DNA of 64,000 bases from Chara braunii (GCA_003427395.1 BFEA01000010.1:994032-1058031); one strand, 5' to 3'; positions 26,945 through 39,896 are shown, counted from the stretch's first letter. Notes: generated by a model from the letters alone, not told the origin. Translations and numbers: made by a program.

Positions 26945-29900
26945 TTAATTTGATGGTAAAGGTATATCTTGGAACATGTTTTGTATAAATTGGAATTCGA
27001 GTAACTTTTTTGCAATGTTTGTGAGTCTATCATCTTCACGTAATATATTTTCATCAGGCTTGAAAATTTTTGTAAGTGATTTTGTTAATGGTTTGAGGCT
27101 TGTGAAATCATGACGGTTTATGACACGAGATACTGCAATATATCCTTGTTGGAATTTTTTTTTCTTTTCTTTTTTCCGGTGTTGATAAAGATTTCGAATC
27201 TGCAAGAATCATTGAGGTCAAGGTTTTTCCTTGTACTTTATATAGTGTGGATGCGATTGCTGAAATAAATGAAAATTGTTTTGGATATAATGTGCATGTT
27301 CGTTGTGGAGAAAAATGGAATGCGTGGTAATGATATTTGTACTGGACGTTTTGAACGTTCATAGAAAACTCGGTATACATCTATGGGCAGGTTAACTTTT
27401 GCTGCATATGAAAATAATTCAAAGTTAGTTCTATTTGGTATGCGAACTAATGCAAGTTAAGGAGGTTGATTTGGAAAAAGCACATGAATAGATGCTGCAT
27501 TATCATAAATTCGTCGAAATTATGTTTTACGATTAAATTGTAATGAATGTAAAAACCCAAATATGTCGTTCGCAATGCCTCTGCTAGGGTCAATGTTTTG
27601 GGTGAATACAATTGACATTCCTGGAATGAGGTCTAAAAATGTCGCATAGCTTCCTAACTTGTTATCTGACAAAGACATTATAAAACAAATATTATTTTTG
27701 TTTTTATTTTTGAATGATTTTCTGAAATTTGCGACGACACGTATTGGGTAATGATTTTCAAGTAATTGTTTGGTCAATTCTTGTGTATATGAATGAATGA
27801 TGTTTGTACGATTGTCATTATCTGGTGTGGCATATATGGGTGTTTTGGTAGTTTGTATTGATTTTAATGATTGAGTAGTCCGTTGTACTTGAGACGAATG
27901 CATTCGTGAGTTTATTATCTCGATAAACTGATCTGTCTAGATTCCTTTGCGAGCTTTGGAGCATCGTTCACCCCAAGTGGGATCTAATATGAAACGGACA
28001 TTTTCATCCAAGATAATGATTGTTTCAAAAAGTCGATAAAGTTTGAATCCTTCCTCATCGAATGTAGCATATGTTTGTTTTTTTGTTGGTTCTTCGTACA
28101 GTGGTCTACCTATAACTGGTGGCATTTGTAACCAATCGCCTGATATAATTATATGTAATCCTCCGAATGGTAAATCTATTTTTCTTTCGTTGCGTAATGC
28201 TAGATCTAACTTGACTATTTGTTCTTTGTTCGTCATGCAGATTTCATCAATTATAAGAAGTTGGAGTTCTGAAGAAAAACCTGGAATACCTTTAAAATTT
28301 GCACTACATTGTTCGAAGGTATGTTTTTTTTAAAAATTATGCATGTCAATCCAACTATGAATTGTGGTGCCATAAATTCTGACTGTTGTTTTTCCAGTGA
28401 GCGTTGTTTTTGCAATTGCCTTTGGTCTTTCTCAAGCATTGCAAAAAGCTTGTAAAACTGCAATGACGTGTGACTTTCCTGTTCCCCCTTTTCCTGTTAA
28501 AAACATTAAAAGTTGTTATTTTTTAATGTTTTCTTTGATTTCATCCAACGTTATATGTTGTGGTTTATTTTCATGTTCTATTTGATTATTTCATGTTTTC
28601 AAAAGACTTGATGCAGCAAGAACAAAAGTTATATGTTATTTTTTTGTAAGTTGAAATTGTCTTGATATTTATGATATTGTACGGAATTTTTTTTTGTTTT
28701 CTAAAATCTTATTAAATTGTTGTGGATATTTCATGGTTGATGGTTGTAAAGCATTTGTCAGTAATTTTACTCTTGTTAGTTGAGGTATATTGTGTCAAGG
28801 ATTAATTTGTGGGAATTGTAGTGAAGATTCATTAGTATTGGTAAAAGTGTGATTTTTTTGCCATGCGTGTAAAGTTGAAATATCGGTGAAAATTTGAGTT
28901 TTTAATGTATCTGATAATAATTTGTTTTGTGGATTTATATTTTTGTATGTTTTGGATGTCTTTGTTGTTGTATCTATCATGAGTGTATGATATGGAGGTG
29001 GTTTGTATTTGTTAACTGGTTGTGAAGCAGGAATCATAGGAAAATGAATAGGATTGTTTTGTGTTTTTGGTCGATTTGTTTGAACTTCTGTTGCCCGTTT
29101 TCGTGTGATATGATAATCCTGCATGTTCAAGTATATAGAACGAGCAAAAATAGGCATGATATTGTAATATTGAAGGAAAGTTGTTTGCCGATTTATGGTG
29201 TTAGGTAGTAAATCTTGAAGATTGCGAAATGGTTTGAACAATAATAAAGTTAGTTGAGCGTGACGAGTTAATTCTTCAGGTGTTTTGCATGTTTTATAAA
29301 GAGGAATTCGAGATCCTGATGGAATATTTGAAATTCGTGGAATTCTATATCGTCCAAGACATTTCGATTTACATAATGGGTGATCTTTGGTGAACATTAA
29401 ATCATTTGCGGAAGATAAAATATATTTTTTTCTAAAATAAAGTGAAGTGAATTCATAGAGAGAAAGTGATGATAAAAATTTCGTCGAAATTTGTAATCGT
29501 TTGAAGGATGAACGATAGCGTAAGCATCATTGTCGTGTTCGATGGTGCATTTTGTTTCTGTATTTTGTAAAAGTTGTTAGAGAATTTGATGAAGGATAAA
29601 AAAAGTATAATAGTGACTTGTATAAGCATAAGATTGTCTAATTATATATAAAGCACATAATTGACCAGTAACTTCTTGTTTGTTTGTCATTGTGAATATT
29701 TGTGATGTTAATCGTCTACGTGCTTTTGTATTTAAAAACATTGGTTCGTCTTTCTCTGCTTGTTTTTCTTGTTTTTGTCTTGCATCGAATGCAGTTAATT
29801 GTAAAGCAACATTGCAATCGATTTTATGTTGGTCTTTTGTAGTATATCTACAAGCGTAACATACACGATCGCTAACTTCTACACCTCCGAATAAGGGTTG

Positions 29901-32400
29901 TATATTGTGGTTGCATTTAAATTTTGCTATAATAATTTCGTTATAATTGTTAATGTATTCGTGTCCAAAAGTGCGTTGTAATTCAATGTCGGAAAGTGTC
30001 AGTACGGTATGTTTTTTATGTGTTCGAGGATATAAGTATCGACAAATTTTATCTGTTTTTGTGCATCGTGATTTTTAGAAACATGATGTCGTATGTGCCC
30101 AATATTGAGTTTGTACGAGGTAAAGAAATAAACATATATTTGATTTAAAATAATCACTTTGAAATTGATTGTGAGTTGGGTTTGGTGGCATATTGAGAAG
30201 TAGTTGTGAATATTCATTTAAGTGAATAGGGTCTTCTATAATTCTAGTATAAGTATTTGAAGGAGTATCCTGATTTTGTAATGAAAGTAATGTATTATTT
30301 TTGTTGTTTTGAAAATGCTTTGGTGTTATAAGTGTTGAGAGCTTACTTTTGTTTTACATTTTTGACATAACCCACTTATTGGTTCTTTCAAATGTTTTCG
30401 GTCTTGTTTTTTTTCAAAAGGTGATCGATATAAGTTACTATTTATTTGAATTGCAACGTGACACGGTCCTTCAGCATGACAAGTGAAACATGGTAGGTTA
30501 GTGATTGCATGTGGACGTGAAGTTGTGACAATAGTATTAACACAATTTGTGATAATGTTGTTCATGTTAGGAGTAAATTTTTGAAGTTCATCGAAAATAT
30601 TGGTAGTTGGAGGGACATTTTTTAGCCAAATTATGCAAAAAAGATGTAACGTTCCTCGTCCTTGTGTTTCTACCATGCCATAATAAGCATTGACGTGTCC
30701 AAATAATCCTCCGTTTTGTGATGTTTTTTGTGTTTTTTTATTAAAACCAATGACTGTTTATAAAAATATGTTTAATAAACGATCAAATAGTCTTGCTGAT
30801 GCAATGCTATCAGCCATTGAGATTGATTTAAGTTGAGATAATGGTATGTGTGGTGTACGTTGAAATGCATTTAAAAAGTCCGCTACATTTAAAATGTCTG
30901 CGTAGGATGCAAATGTTAATGACATATCTGTGTTAGGTGTTATGGTTAGGAAAAGACTTGGTTGGCCGAAACGATCATACGTGGTGAATGTTTTTTGTCG
31001 TCGAACACGACGTTCTACGTTGCTTCCCCAAATGTACGCTGCACTACATTCAAAATTTTTTAAAAATGTATTTACTGTATCTGGGATAGGTAATGGTGGA
31101 TGTCCGCAACGTTTTCGACGATTGTTTTCTAAGTCAATTCGCAATTCTTCTGTTGTAATATTTGATATTGGTTTATGTGTTGAAGGATGAGAATTACATG
31201 TTATGCTTGTCATTGTGTAACCTTTATCAAGTGCTAGTTTATCAAATGAGGCTAACACACAGTGTTGATCTTGTGCAAAATTTCTATGACTAAGTAGGCA
31301 ATAATGCTTGACACAAAGTTCTTTTGAAATAGGTATTCTTCGATCGAATTTTTTTGTAAAACCTCTTCCAAAAGGAAAAAGGTGGGAAAATATTTTAACA
31401 TCTAATGTTGGATCAAATACATTTGTAACTTTTGAAAAAGAATTGATTGTAAAAAGACACTCATCATTGTTTTTTTCAATATGTTGGTGTATTATTTGTT
31501 GCTCTACAAAATCATTTATTTTTGTTGTTGAATGGCTGAAAATTACAGGTTTTTCTATATAAGTTTTTTCATAAGAACAATCAGTAGCAGCATTTATAGC
31601 GTTTTGCTCATTGTCTGTATTTTTAGCTGTATGTCCATCATTTATATGATCAATTACTGAGGCAGGGATAAGTCATCAGTTTGTTTTTTGAATTTCGTCA
31701 AGTACTGATTTATTCAATTTTATATCATTATAAAAAAAATTATATAATTTATAAAATGAAAGTAATTTTAAAACAACATTGTGTCTTACTGCATGTAATT
31801 TTTTTATTCGTGTAAATTGATCATTTGTAAAAGGTCCTAGTAAAATTGATCTGTAAATCGTGTCTAGGTTAAGTTTGCGTGGCAATAAAGTTGTTGGCGG
31901 TCCTGGAATAGCATCAAAAAACAATAAATGAGATCGAATAGAACAATATAAGCTGCCACGCATTTGTGCTAAAATAGTTATAAGACTTGTTATTACTATT
32001 TCTGACCGTGTACGAGATGGAATTGTTGATGGTAAACGACCACTGAAAAAATGATTAGCAATTGTAATTTTTGGGTGTTGTGGTTGATTTGATTTTTAAA
32101 ATAATGATTTGTTGCATTGTATGCATATATCAAATGTTATATTTGTATCAGTGGTTTTTATGCCTGCTCTTGAAAACATCATATTGGTGAATGTTTGTCC
32201 AATATTTGAGCAATCATAGTATTGTTTTAAAGGTATTGGTAAATTGTTTTCTGGACAATATAGACATGTTTGCATTCGTTGCAATCTTTCATTACCTCTT
32301 ATAGAATAAGTGAATAGATCAGATTGTAATTCAAATTTATCGCGTACACAACATATGCCTTCCGCTAGAGCAATTGGATTTAAATTTTTTATCAACCCTT
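26945..32400 (-). pseudogene. Helitron RepHel (HUH Rep + PIF1-family SF1 helicase), many stops/frameshifts
   Basis: RFGQPSLFLTITP (30758-31258); VETQGRGTLHLFCIIW (HUH motif, ~30630-30676); CNHNIQ...YACRYTTK (Y2 motif, ~29833-29922); Walker A LTGKGGTGKS (~28470-28500); Walker B LIIDEI (~28240-28258); PFGGLHIIISGDWLQMPPV; TLYKVQGKTL; YIAVSRV. Confidence 0.92.
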
Positions 32401-34251
32401 TTGAAATTTGTTTTTTTTTTTCTTGTGTAATAGGTTGAAAACCTAATAAAAAATCTCTATTATTTGATAATTGTTGACGTGCAAGTGTTTTTAAACGTAT
32501 GTGTTTAATTAAAATTTCATTTAACTTAGGTTGTTTTTTTTTTTATGTTTTTTTTATTTTATGTTCTTATGTTTTTCATATTGTTGTATTTTTTTGTTGT
32601 GATATGCAATACGCTTTTTTTTTTTAAATGTGTTGTTTATTAATATAATATGTTTGACGTCGTTTTTGTAATTTTTGTTTTTCTTTTTCATTATTATTAT
32701 ATGTTTGTTGTCTTTTTTTTAAACGATTGTTTTTTTTATTTATTATTTCATTATGATATGTTTCTCTACATTTATGTAAATATTCTTTTTTTTAATAATT
32801 AAATCATTTATAATATTATTTGTGCAATTATGATTGATTATATTCATTTTGTTTTGTTATGTAAAGTGCTGCAAATTGTGAATAAAAATATATTTCTTAA
32901 AATATATTAATGTATATTTTAAAGAAAACAAATGAAAAAATTACCTCAAAAGGAATTCTAGAGCGTTTGGCCTACTATATCATGCACAAAAATCAATAAA
33001 TCATATATGCAAAAAAAAAGACAATAAAAAAAAACATGAGTCGTTATGTTTCGGTGAATATGTGAGGAAAAAAAAAGAAAAAGAAATAAAAAGATAGAAG
33101 GGAAGGAAACGGGAAGATGAAAGGCGGAGAAAAAATAATAATAATAATAAAAAAATTGAAATATACATGTTTTAGAAGATAAAAAGATTGATAAGTATAT
33201 GTTTCAAGAAAAAAAAAATGAAATGATTAGTAATACAAGAATGATTGAAAAATGTATTATTTTTAAAAAATATATTAAACATGAAAAATAGGAATTTAGT
33301 CTTTGCTTGTCATAGTCGATGAATCTTTATACTCGATTACAGGTATCATGATTGAATCATAACACCATTTTTCTATTACTGAAAATTGAAAGTAATTTGC
33401 TGGAAAATTGGTTATAGTTGATATTTAATTTTCTATTTGTGTATTTTTGTCATGTAGCTGCTTATTTGTTTATACATATTGAAAACACGAATCGCAACTT
33501 TTTGTTGTTTTTGTCATTTTTTGAATATCTAATAATATTTGAAGATGTCGCATGGTTTGAGTAATTTCTGAATGTAGTCTTTCGCAAATGAATGGACACC
33601 TTTGATTGCTGGAAGACATGTTGTAGCACTTTGAAATAGATATATATATAAATATATATCTATATCGATTTTATAATTGTTTATCTGCAACACACAAACA
33701 AAACATAATAATTCAAATACATTTGTCAGTTTTTTATTTTTTATAATTAAATTTGTTAAAAAATAGGATGTTTTTAAAAAATTAGAATTTGATTATAAAA
33801 TGTACATATCATTTTTTAATAGGATATGTATGAATTAGACTTACATAATTCAAAAACGAGAGCGGTGAGAAGAATTAAAGGAACAAAAAATAAAGAAACT
33901 TCACTTGAATATATTTTTGTTTTGAATATCGTTAAATTTAGACGAAAAATTATGCAAAATATAACTTTTATTAGTACAATAAAAACAAAAGTGAGGTAGG
34001 TGAAAGAGGAGTGGCAAGTGTTGTGTTGGTTTGCGACACAATATCAAACTTTGTTCTCATACTAGTACTAATATCAAACTTTGCTTAAATAATATCAAAC
34101 CTTGCTTACATAGTTCAACATCCATAGTGCTACCAACGTCCAACGTTGCTCAAATAGTAGGAGACCTTGCCTACATAGTTTTAGACCTTGGTCACATAAT
34201 TTTAGACTTGCTTACATACTACTGAACCTTGGAATATAAAAAATTAGGGAG

Positions 34252-34286
<35 letters not shown>

Positions 34287-34426
34287 CTGAGTTTCTGACA
34301 TCTATGCCTAACAAAAGACAACGTAGTTGCGACTTTTAAATTTGACAATGATTATTTTGCTAAGTAGTTAGATTTCATTTTTTCATGATTGCAATTTTTT
34401 TTTTTGCAATTTAAGGAGTCGTAAAA

Positions 34427-35163
34427 TTATTTGCATTTTCGCCTCTTAATGGTTCCTAACAGTGTTGTCACGCGGGGATCCCCAGGGCCCACGCCACGGG
34501 GGTTTCACCCCCGCAACCCCGCCGCGGGGATCCCCGACCCCCGGCCCCTCCAAATTAACCCCGCACNNNNNNNNNNNNNNNNNNNNNNNNNNNNNNNNNN
34601 NNNNNNNNNNNNNNNNNNNNNNNNNNNNNNNNNNNNNNNNNNNNNNNNNNNNNNNNNNNNNNNNNNNNNNNNNNNNNNNNNNNNNNNNNNNNNNNNNNNN
34701 NNNNNNNNNNNNNNNNNNNNNNNNNNNNNNNNNNNNNNNNNNNNNNNNNNNNNNNNNNNNNNNNNNNNNNNNNNNNNNNNNNNNNNNNNNNNNNNNNNNN
34801 NNNNNNNNNNNNNNNNNNNNNNNNNNNNNNNNNNNNNNNNNNNNNNNNNNNNNNNNNNNNNNNNNNNNNNNNNNNNNNNNNNNNNNNNNNNNNNNNNNNN
34901 NNNNNNNNNNNNNNNNNNNNNNNNNNNNNNNNNNNNNNNNNNNNNNNNNNGCCCCTGGCCCTGACCCCGCACCCCCGCCCCCGCTCCCAGCCATCCCCGG
35001 CCCCGCACCCCGGTCAGCCCCGCCCCGGCCCCGCGCCCAGGGTGACCCCGGGCTCACCAGGGGTGGGTCTAGCCCCGGGGAGGGCCCGAGGTGGGCCCAA
35101 AATTGCATTTTTGCAGTTTGGCCCAGGGGGTGCAGACTGTCGTTGCGCAACCCCCTATATATA

Positions 35164-35210
<47 letters not shown>

Positions 35211-36113
35211 TTTTGGGGGGTCCGGAGCCGGGGTCAGGGGTGTCCACCCCCGGATCCGGATCCCCGGACCCCCGCCGGGGCCCCGGGGCCGGGGCTCGAC
35301 AACCCTGGTTCCTGAGCTTGGCAAATCATTTGAACTTCCTCCATTTTCGACATCGTTGATGCTTGTTGTTTGATTTGAAGTCCTTGGCAAAAAAGTGTCT
35401 GTACTTGTCGTGAATATTGGAGTTGCACCACTACCTTCAGTCGTTAATCCTTGAGCAACTGCTTCATCGATGATAGTCGTATTTGTTTTGTCACTTATTT
35501 GCTGTGTTGTTTGTGTTGTTGGTGAAAAAGTATGACAATGTGGTTTATGATATGTTGCAATCGTTTCCGTATGATTCATAGTTACGGATGATGTTGATGC
35601 TACATTTTGAAACCTATTTATTTGTGGTGCTAACTTTGGCATTGGATCCATGGATCTTATGTTTGTGTTAAAACATGTCATTTGTGGGTAACCAAATCTA
35701 ACAAGTTTTGTGCATCGTTTAAATGTAATGGAAGATTCGATTGCCGACAGTTCATGTTGCAACGTCAAATCATAAACAGTTGCTTTTCTTAATAATGGTA
35801 GAATATCAAAGCGAGCAACTGCATCTTTATCTTGTAAAGCTGCATGGAGAACTTCAAGTACTTCTGGCTGATCTATGTCACCCAAGTAAAGATCAAATAA
35901 TTGCTTGTTTAAATATTTTCGTGTTTCTATGTTTCCTAGTCATCCTTTTTCAATGATGATCCATGATGTATCTTTTTCTGTTTGGTCGATGTAGTCGAGA
36001 ATCTTTTTTGTGGTAGTATGAATGATTTGTCGTGTGCGAGCTTGTTTTTCTTCTGAGGCTCGAAGTTGGTCTAGATATCGTGGCAAATGGTTGTTTGTGC
36101 TTGTTGTATTCAT
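34427..36113 (-). pseudogene. Orphan ORF (~276 aa) upstream of RepHel; one nonsense codon; interrupted by a hAT MITE
   Basis: ORFs 35940-36176 and 34446-35885 share a frame, separated by TGA at 35940-35942. Removing the MITE and one TSD gives ...DLPSSGTIKRRKCK*. Acceptor tttttatag just upstream of ATG 36113. Confidence 0.65.
34460..35307. mobile_element. Non-autonomous hAT-type element (MITE), GC-rich, contains an N gap
   Basis: TIRs CAGTGTTGTC / GACAACCCTG (9/10 match); 8-bp TSD GTTCCTAA (34452-34459) / GTTCCTGA (35308-35315). Confidence 0.88.
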
Positions 36114-36479
36114 CTTCGCCTCTGACAAACCTATAAAAACATCAAAACATAAATGAAAAAGAAAAAAATAAACCACAATATATGTTTATCTTTAGTATGA
36201 GGTACCAGTTCAATTAAAAAACAAATGCATGAAAGAAAAAAAATTAATTAAGTGTTTCTTAGGGTTTTCGTTTTTGTCTTAAAGTTTTTAGTTCAAGCCT
36301 TTTCTTAGGGCTTTTAGTGAAAAACATTTATAGTCAAGTAGGGTTTTTATAACCTTTGCATAATATGACTTGCAATTTTTTGGTGTGTTTTTGTATTTGT
36401 GTGTTAGGGTTTTTGTCTTTCAAGTACAACCTTTGGACAATACCTTTTCTTAAAGCTTTTGGTTATGTTTTGTAATTTT

Positions 36480-36965
36480 TAGATGAAGCCTTCACTTAGG
36501 GCATTTAGTGAAAATCGTTTAGTTACAACCTTTGCATAGAGCCTTCACTTAGGGTCTTCTCTTATGTCTTAGGGCTTGTATCTTTTAGGGCCTTGCCATA
36601 TGGCTTGCATCTTTCGCTTATATCCTTCACTTACGGTCGGATTGAGCCTGACCATCATTTAGGGCCTTTGTCTTTTGGCCACAACTTTCACAATGGCTTT
36701 TGGTCAGGGCTTGTATCTTTTAGTTATAACCTTTTGCATAAGGCCTTCACTTAGGGTCTTCCCATATGTCTTGCTCTTTCACTTATAAGACGGCCTTGCC
36801 ATATGGCTTGCTTCTTTCGCTTATATCCTTCACTTACGGCTAGATTGAGCTTGGCCATCACGTAGGGTCTTTGTCTCTTAGCCACAAGTTTCACATAGGT
36901 CCTTCCGTTAGGGCTTTCATATTTTAGTTACAACCTTTGGATACGGCCTTCACTTAGGGCCTTCC
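36480..36965. repeat. Degenerate ~200-bp tandem repeat built on GCCTTCACTTAGGG
   Basis: Motif recurs at ~36488, 36541, 36743, 36946; the block GCCTTGCCATATGGCTTGC...ATCCTTCACTTACGG is duplicated. Confidence 0.75.
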
Positions 36966-37447
36966 CTTATGTGTTGCATTTTTTTTTTTAGTGAACTTGC
37001 CACTACTACATAACTAAGTCAATTTTGTTTTTGAGAAATCAGAACCTTTGACGTGGTCAAAGCCTTCATGTAGGTGAAAATTACTTTAGTGTTTTGAGGA
37101 ATGTGTTTTGCTAGTATGTGAGAAATGTGAACAGAGACAAATTTGGTGTTTGACCATGAGCGTGAACTGAGTTCACCAATGATGTGTGTAGCTTTCATTC
37201 AATTGTATAAAACAAAAAAAACAAAATAGTTTACCTGTGTTTGTTTGATGTTTTGATTGTTTGAAGTCTACTCAATAGTTGTTTCTTCTTTTCCGTGTAA
37301 GCATGTGTATAAAGACACAATTTTGCACATTTAGTAAAAACACAATTTTACACATTTCATATGTGATATGGCTTCTACATTTCAGTTATAGTTTTCATTT
37401 AAGACCTTTACTAAAACATAGCAATGATTGTGTGTGTGTGTGTGTGC

Positions 37448-37488
<41 letters not shown>

Positions 37489-37742
37489 TGTCCTACACTC
37501 TTCAGTTATAGCCTTTGCTTAAGGCTTTTAGTCAAAATTAATTAGAATGGGGTTTTGTTTATGGGTTGTATCTTTTAGTTATAGCCCTCTATTACGCCTC
37601 TTAATCAAACATAGAAACGATTGTGTGTGTTTGTGTATGTGTGTGTACAATTTTCATTTAAGACCTTTGCTAAAACATAGAAATGATTGTGTGTGTCTGT
37701 GTGTATGTGTGTGTCTGTGTCTGTGTTTGTGTGTGTGTGTGT

Positions 37743-37783
<41 letters not shown>

Positions 37784-38029
37784 GTAGATAAATAGATAGA
37801 TAGATAGAGAGAGAGAGAGAAAGAGAGAGAGAGATGCCCTGCACTCTTCAGGTATAGCCTTCGGTTAAGGCTTTTAGTCAAAATCAATTAGAATATTGCT
37901 TTTGTTTACGGCTTGTATCTTTCAGTTATAACTGTCTGTAACGACCCTTAGTCAAGCATAGAAATGATTGTGTATGCTTGTGTGTGTGTGTGTATCCCCA
38001 ACCCTCGCCCGCCCCCTTGCAAGGGCTCC

Positions 38030-38365
38030 ATAATCAGCAGCACCTGCTGCTGCTGCTGCTGTTGATGCTGATGTTGAGGCGGGTGCTTCTGCTGCTGCTG
38101 TTGTAGTGGCTATAGGTGCTCGGTTAAAATAACATGAAGCAAACTAACATGACCGGATCCTAAACAAAACAAGTGTATGTGTATGTGTGTGTGTGTGTGG
38201 GTGTGTTGCAAGCGCTTCAGAATCAGCAGCACATGCTGCTGATGCTGCTGATGCTGCTGATGCTCAGGCTGGTGTTTCTGCTGCTGCTATTGTACTGACT
38301 ATAGCTGCTCGATTAAAACAACATGAAGCACACTAACATGAGCAGATCCTAAACAAAACAAGTTT
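38030..38365. repeat. Two ~190-bp tandem copies containing (CTG)n tracts
   Basis: AATCAGCAGCAC...AACATGAAGC...GATCCTAAACAAAACAAGT present twice. Confidence 0.8.
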
Positions 38366-38640
38366 GTCTAAGTATGTTTGTGTGTGTGTGTGTGATCATG
38401 ATGATCATGTATGTGTGCATGCAATTACAGCCAGACCTGGATGTATCTGACGGCGCTTACGTCCACATGGGTCTATATTTTGACAACTCATTGGTTTATC
38501 AACTGAGCTAGGCCCGTTGGTATAGACGACCTTTTTTTTTTTTTTTTTTTTTTTTTTAGTATGCCGAGTGATTAGTCCTGACCAAGGGAATAATAATACA
38601 ATAGAAATGTTGTTTTTTAAATTATGATGAAAGAAGACCC

Positions 38641-38806
38641 GGGGCCAAGTCCCACTAGCAGCGTTGAGCTACGTCAACGCCGGAATCTGGACGATTTTGC
38701 GGAGATCTGCAGAAATGGTGTCAAGTTTCCTCAACTGCACATCTCCACAAACACGTCCAGATTCAGGCGTTGAGATAGCTCAACGCTGCTAGTGGGACTT
38801 GGCCCC
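38641..38806. repeat. 166-bp foldback (MITE-like or hairpin-RNA precursor)
   Basis: ~72-bp arms; the outer 31 bp (GGGGCCAAGTCCCACTAGCAGCGTTGAGCTA) pair perfectly; ~22-nt loop. Confidence 0.9.
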
Positions 38807-38857
38807 TGAAGAGGAGGTCGAGCAGCGGCGAGGTCTGGCGGGATGCTCGTTTTTTTT

Positions 38858-38918
<61 letters not shown>

Positions 38919-39585
38919 CGCCTACCGTTTCCCCCCTAACATAACGCACCTTGAAAATGAACGTATACAAGGTACGTTTCCGGCCCGATACAGGCAAAAT
39001 GGGGGTGCGTTGTGTTCGGGGGAAGACGATAGTGCGATGCGCCAAGGAAACCGCCAGAAGCAACCATGTGGCACTATACACGTGTATCTCTGTGAACATG
39101 GGACACTGTTTGCAATTATGTTTTATGTTTGTATATGTATATTTTATTTATATTTATGTAAAAAGATCCTCGTTCGACTATTCTGGACATGCACAAAAGA
39201 CAGAAAATATGACGGCGTATCTTTCCACGTTCTAGCGCAAGATGCAGTCTCATTTTGCACATTTTGAGAGTGTATAAGTGGAACGAGGCCCTATGTATAT
39301 ATGTATATAACTCGGCATTCCGGTATGTCATAGCTGAAAAAGACTTGGTATGTCATAATCATGCTGAACTGTGAGGGTGCTACTATATCGTCGGGATGAG
39401 CACGAGCTGCGCGGGATCTTGTGGAACATGGCGGAAGCAGGCGCATTCTGCGTGGGAGCTCACGAAATATGGCGGAAGCAGGCACATTGATAGCGGAATT
39501 CAACGGATGGCCTAGTGCCTGATCGCAAACTCTCCCATTACAAGTCCTTTTTTTGCCCGTCTCTAGGCCGGCTTCCCCCAAATAC

Positions 39586-39617
<32 letters not shown>

Positions 39618-39858
39618 NNNNNNNNNNNNNNNNNNNNNNNNNNNNNNNNNNNNNNNNNNNNNNNNNNNNNNNNNNNNNNNNNNNNNNNNNNNNNNNNNNN
39701 NNNNNNNNNNNNNNNNNNNNNNNNNNNNNNNNNNNNNNNNNNNNNNNTTTTTTTTTTTTTTTTTTTTTTTGCTTCGTCTGACTTGTGCCATTTTTCCCGC
39801 TCTGTTGTGGTGTACTGTGTGTGTGTTGTCATTTTCGCTATACACTCAAGAAAAGCAT

Positions 39859-39896
39859 GACTGTGCCAGACTGTTTCGTCGGACTTTCACCGACTC
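39859..39896 (-). ncRNA. Hammerhead ribozyme, 3' part only (5'-truncated copy)
   Basis: Minus strand GA-GTCGG-TGAAAGT-CCGAC-GAAA-CAGTCTGGCACAGTC: stem II, intact GAAA and the stem III strand; homologous to 59888-59925. Confidence 0.75.

Larger units (their letters stand above)
24700..38400 (-). mobile_element. Helitron2/Helentron-type rolling-circle transposon, degenerate (boundaries approximate)
   Basis: AT-rich block with Rep and PIF1 helicase remnants, flanked by degenerate tandem repeats and microsatellites at 24700-25900 and 36280-38400. Termini not identified. Confidence 0.8.
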
